A DNA stretch of 64,000 nt from an uncultured bacterium (lineage in GTDB: Bacteria; Patescibacteriota; Minisyncoccia; Phycocordibacterales; Zambryskibacteraceae). A model generated the notes under the pieces. The model was not told the origin of the DNA, searched no databases, and saw only the letters and a list, made by a program, of their open reading frames with translations. The stretch lies in the NCBI GenBank assembly GCA_963789635.1, contig CAWBLF010000001.1, positions 59,568 to 123,567 of the forward strand, given 5' to 3'. The position numbers and the translations under genes are program-made. The stretch's first letter is position 1, and the number at the start of each line of letters is the position of its first letter. Below, piece after piece: positions 61,754-64,000 of the stretch.

Positions 61754-61801
61754 CAGAATGCAAAAACATCCCACACAAACGGGATGTTTTTGCATTCTGT
61801 G
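61752..61801 (+). repeat. H1-type trailer hairpin variant (perfect 21-bp stem) abutting tRNA-Leu(GAG)
   Basis: CACAGAATGCAAAAACATCCC-acacaaac-GGGATGTTTTTGCATTCTGTG. It shares the CACAGAAT/ATTCTGTG base and ATCCC/GGGAT top with the canonical H1, while the middle segment differs on both arms. Confidence 0.85.
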
Positions 61802-61904
61802 CCTGAAAGTATGCTTTTGAGTTTACATAGCTATTTCCTGGTGTAGTATTAAGAAGCAGAGATATAAGATAAACATATTTATATTATCAGATTTATTTTA
61901 AATT

Positions 61905-63278
61905 ATGATTAACCAACAGTTGCTTGATTACATCAAGCAACAACTGCAGCAGAATACAAGTAAAGAACAAATTAGAAGTACTCTAATAACTAATGGTTGG
62001 CAACCGCAAGATGTAGACAACGCTTTTTCATTTATATCGAACCCTGTTAATCCACCATTGCCAGCCCAACCACCAACACAAACCATTTCTACCTTGCCAA
62101 GCGCCACTGCGATTCTCGGTCAATCATGGTCGTTATATAAGCAAAGACTTGGGACCTTTTTGGGAATAATGATAATCCCAGTGCTAGTAATAATTATGCT
62201 TTTTGCCATTTTGGCAGTAGGTGGATCTTTGTTTGTTGTTTTATTTTTGTCAAAACTTGCATCTGGTGGTCTTGGTTTAATACTGCTTTTATCAATTTTA
62301 ACCTTTTTATTTTTGATAGTTATTTTTTTAGTTCAAGTTTGGGGACAGACAGCACTGCTTTATGCAATTAAAGATAGCCAAGAAGGAATCGGAGTGGTGG
62401 AATCGTACAGACGGGGATGGCATAAAATATTACCTTATTGGTGGATAATTTTGTTGTCGATGGTTATTACTGCCGGAGGTTTTATTCTTTTGGTTGTTCC
62501 TGGAATTATTTTTGCAATTTGGTTCAGTTTGGCGATATTTGTTTTGATTAGCGAGGACAAAAAAGGAATGAGTGCTTTGTTGAAAAGCAAGGAGTACGTG
62601 AAAGGTAAATGGGGTGGTGTACTTTGGCGTTTATTTTTTATTAGTGTGACGTCTTTTATAATTTCTTTAGTTGTTGCTTTTATTTTTGGTATTCTGAAAG
62701 TTCCTTTTGGTTCGCAAATTAGCAACCTTATTATTGTATTATTTGTAACGCCGTTGGTGGTAACATACTCGTTTTTGATCTACAGTAACCTCAAAGCTAT
62801 CAAGGGCGAAATTGTTTTTGCGCCGACAGCGAGAAAAAAAGCAACCTTCATTATTATTGGTATAATTGGACTTCTGGTTATTCCAGCTATTGGAATTTTT
62901 TCATCCGTAATACTTGCCAGTCTTAACACCTCTCGTGCAACTGGGACAAATAACGCCATAAAGACAAACTTAGGAAATATGCGAGCTCAGGCTGCGATAT
63001 ATTATGATAGTAATGCTGGTAGTTATGGAATTGCGCAAAACGATTCTTGTGTGAACACCCCAGGCACATTGTGGAATGACCCAATTACGCAAACGATTAT
63101 CACTGCAATTACGAACGCTGACGTAATTCCTGTGTGTAACAGTGCGGCAACAGCATGGGCAATGTCTGCTACCCTAAAAGTACCAGAAACAGGGGGTTCA
63201 TATTGGTGTGTTGATTCTACCGGAGTCTCAAAAGGTGAGAGTACAAATCTTGGCTCCGGGGTTGTGGCTTGTCCATAG
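61905..63278 (+). CDS. Polytopic membrane protein with C-terminal type-IV-pilin-like domain
   Basis: N-terminal soluble helix (QLLDYIKQQLQQNTSKEQIRSTLITNGWQPQDVDNAF) and about 7 TM segments. The C-terminus reads ...IGIFSSVILASLNTSRATGTNNAIKTNLGNMRAQAAIYYDSNAGSYG...C...C...YWCVDSTG...C, a pilin-like alpha1 helix, globular domain and Cys pairs. No G|FTLIE prepilin cleavage motif is present. Confidence 0.55.
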   Translation: MINQQLLDYIKQQLQQNTSKEQIRSTLITNGWQPQDVDNAFSFISNPVNPPLPAQPPTQTISTLPSATAILGQSWSLYKQRLGTFLGIMIIPVLVIIMLFAILAVGGSLFVVLFLSKLASGGLGLILLLSILTFLFLIVIFLVQVWGQTALLYAIKDSQEGIGVVESYRRGWHKILPYWWIILLSMVITAGGFILLVVPGIIFAIWFSLAIFVLISEDKKGMSALLKSKEYVKGKWGGVLWRLFFISVTSFIISLVVAFIFGILKVPFGSQISNLIIVLFVTPLVVTYSFLIYSNLKAIKGEIVFAPTARKKATFIIIGIIGLLVIPAIGIFSSVILASLNTSRATGTNNAIKTNLGNMRAQAAIYYDSNAGSYGIAQNDSCVNTPGTLWNDPITQTIITAITNADVIPVCNSAATAWAMSATLKVPETGGSYWCVDSTGVSKGESTNLGSGVVACP

Positions 63279-63390
63279 TTATTTTATTTATTACTGGGTT
63301 CTTGAGCTAGCAGATTAGTTATTAAATATCTTCACTAGTTTCAATTTCTGAATTCTGTGGTATAAATGGGGAGCTTTATCTGAAGCATAT

Positions 63391-63463
63391 GGTGCCTATG
63401 GTGTAATGGTTAGCACTGAAGTTTGTGGAACTTCCAGTTCGGGTTCAAATCCCGATAGGCACC
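63391..63463 (+). tRNA. tRNA-His (anticodon GTG, with encoded G-1)
   Basis: G-1 plus acceptor GTGCCTA/TAGGCAC, anticodon arm GAAGT-TT-GTG-GA-ACTTC, T arm TCGGG-TTCAAAT-CCCGA. Confidence 0.9.
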
Positions 63464-63590
63464 CAAGAGACATTTTTCCTCGATAAACATTTATTTTGAA
63501 GATTGTTTGTGGTTCTGATCGACAGGTTGCCGAAAGGCGTTTATAAGAACATACTTAACGGGTTAATTTAGCAGTCTAACTTTTAACTAT

Positions 63591-63764
63591 ATGCACTCAC
63601 TCACCGTGTTTTTTGTCGGCATTGCCGTCGCTCTCGCTATTGTGTTGTGCCTCACATATTTCATCAGGGGTGGCACTCGTTTCAATAGCACTGTCATATT
63701 TGTCGCCGGTTTTGTCATAGGTATGCTCACCTTGTATATTAAAGTTAAATTGTTGGGTTTTTAG
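63591..63764 (+). CDS. Candidate 57-aa two-TM membrane peptide
   Basis: Own translation: MHSLTVFFVGIAVALAIVLCLTYFIRGGTRFNSTVIFVAGFVIGMLTLYIKVKLLGF*. It falls below the ORF-track cutoff. Confidence 0.35.
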   Translation: MHSLTVFFVGIAVALAIVLCLTYFIRGGTRFNSTVIFVAGFVIGMLTLYIKVKLLGF

Positions 63765-63878
63765 TCAAGTAATAGTGGTTTCGTGCACAGGGTTAAGTGC
63801 TGGGGTATAAAATGAGATCCTTTTGGCCATTAGTTTAAGTGATACAATTAGATTGTTATTATCGATAACAAAATTTCA

Positions 63879-64000
63879 ATGTCTCGTAATCACAATCTTC
63901 GCGAGATCGCAAAGTTTCTTTCTGGTCTAGTGGTGGGAGACTTTTTTTGTGGTCTTTGGTTCTCGGCGTACCAAGTATTACCCGTCAATTTTTTCGGCGT
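63879..64000 (+). CDS. 5' end of a hypothetical membrane protein (partial at window edge)
   Basis: ATG 63879: MSRNHNLREIAKFLSGLVVGDFFCGLWFSAYQVLPVNFFG... The frame is open to the end of the window. Confidence 0.35.
   Translation, partial: MSRNHNLREIAKFLSGLVVGDFFCGLWFSAYQVLPVNFFG

Noticed and set aside
1-64000. Diversity-generating retroelement, CRISPR-Cas, restriction-modification or toxin-antitoxin defence loci
   Set aside because: I looked for reverse-transcriptase (YxDD), Cas, methyltransferase and typical TA signatures in all ORFs of 60 aa or more. None were found apart from the truncated nuclease-like fragment at 53382-53513.

Overview
This 64-kb chromosomal window looks like a small-genome Patescibacteria/CPR (Parcubacteria-type) bacterium. 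That assignment is inferred from gene families only; no search was run.

**Content**
- Replication-origin module: rpmH-rnpA-yidC | dnaA-dnaN, with DnaA-box clusters.
- Housekeeping genes: xth, xerC-like, rpsO, comM, pcrA/uvrD, ksgA, PBP1A, tyrS, ruvA/B/C/X, yebC, tsaE, polA, holA, mutM, a Mur ligase, rpsT, an RluA-family synthase and rplS.
- Eight tRNA genes.
- Dispersed type IV pilus genes: pilB, pilM-N-O, and a pilin-domain fusion.
- A ~12.5-kb type-IV-secretion-like cluster (13.9-26.4 kb): adhesin-like Ig-repeat protein, VirB6-like polytopic protein, PrgI-family protein, VirB4-like ATPase and a T4SS-pilin-like::peptidase fusion.
- Several secreted peptidoglycan-binding surface proteins.

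**Most unusual signals (all non-coding, all tied to tRNA genes)**
1. Tandem arrays upstream of tRNA-Lys and tRNA-Val. Each unit joins the first 12 nt of the adjacent tRNA to the same core, GTTTTGGTAGGTATAC.
2. A composite three-hairpin trailer element ending in GTGACCAC sits immediately 3' of five tRNAs (four complete copies and one shorter copy). Its stems show compensatory changes and G-U pairs that fit only the tRNA-sense strand.
3. tRNA-Ser is followed by direct and inverted copies of its own 3' end.

**Other notable items**
- A RAYT-like HUH transposase gene bracketed by a REP-like hairpin, with a third hairpin copy inside the gene.
- GAATA/TATTC-rich palindromic intergenic elements, one apparently inserted in-frame in the RluA-family gene.
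- A promoter-to-terminator sRNA candidate at 38.1 kb.

**Caution**
At least 11 reading-frame disruptions interrupt otherwise coherent genes, including essential ones (polA, ksgA). Consensus indel errors are therefore as likely as real pseudogenisation.
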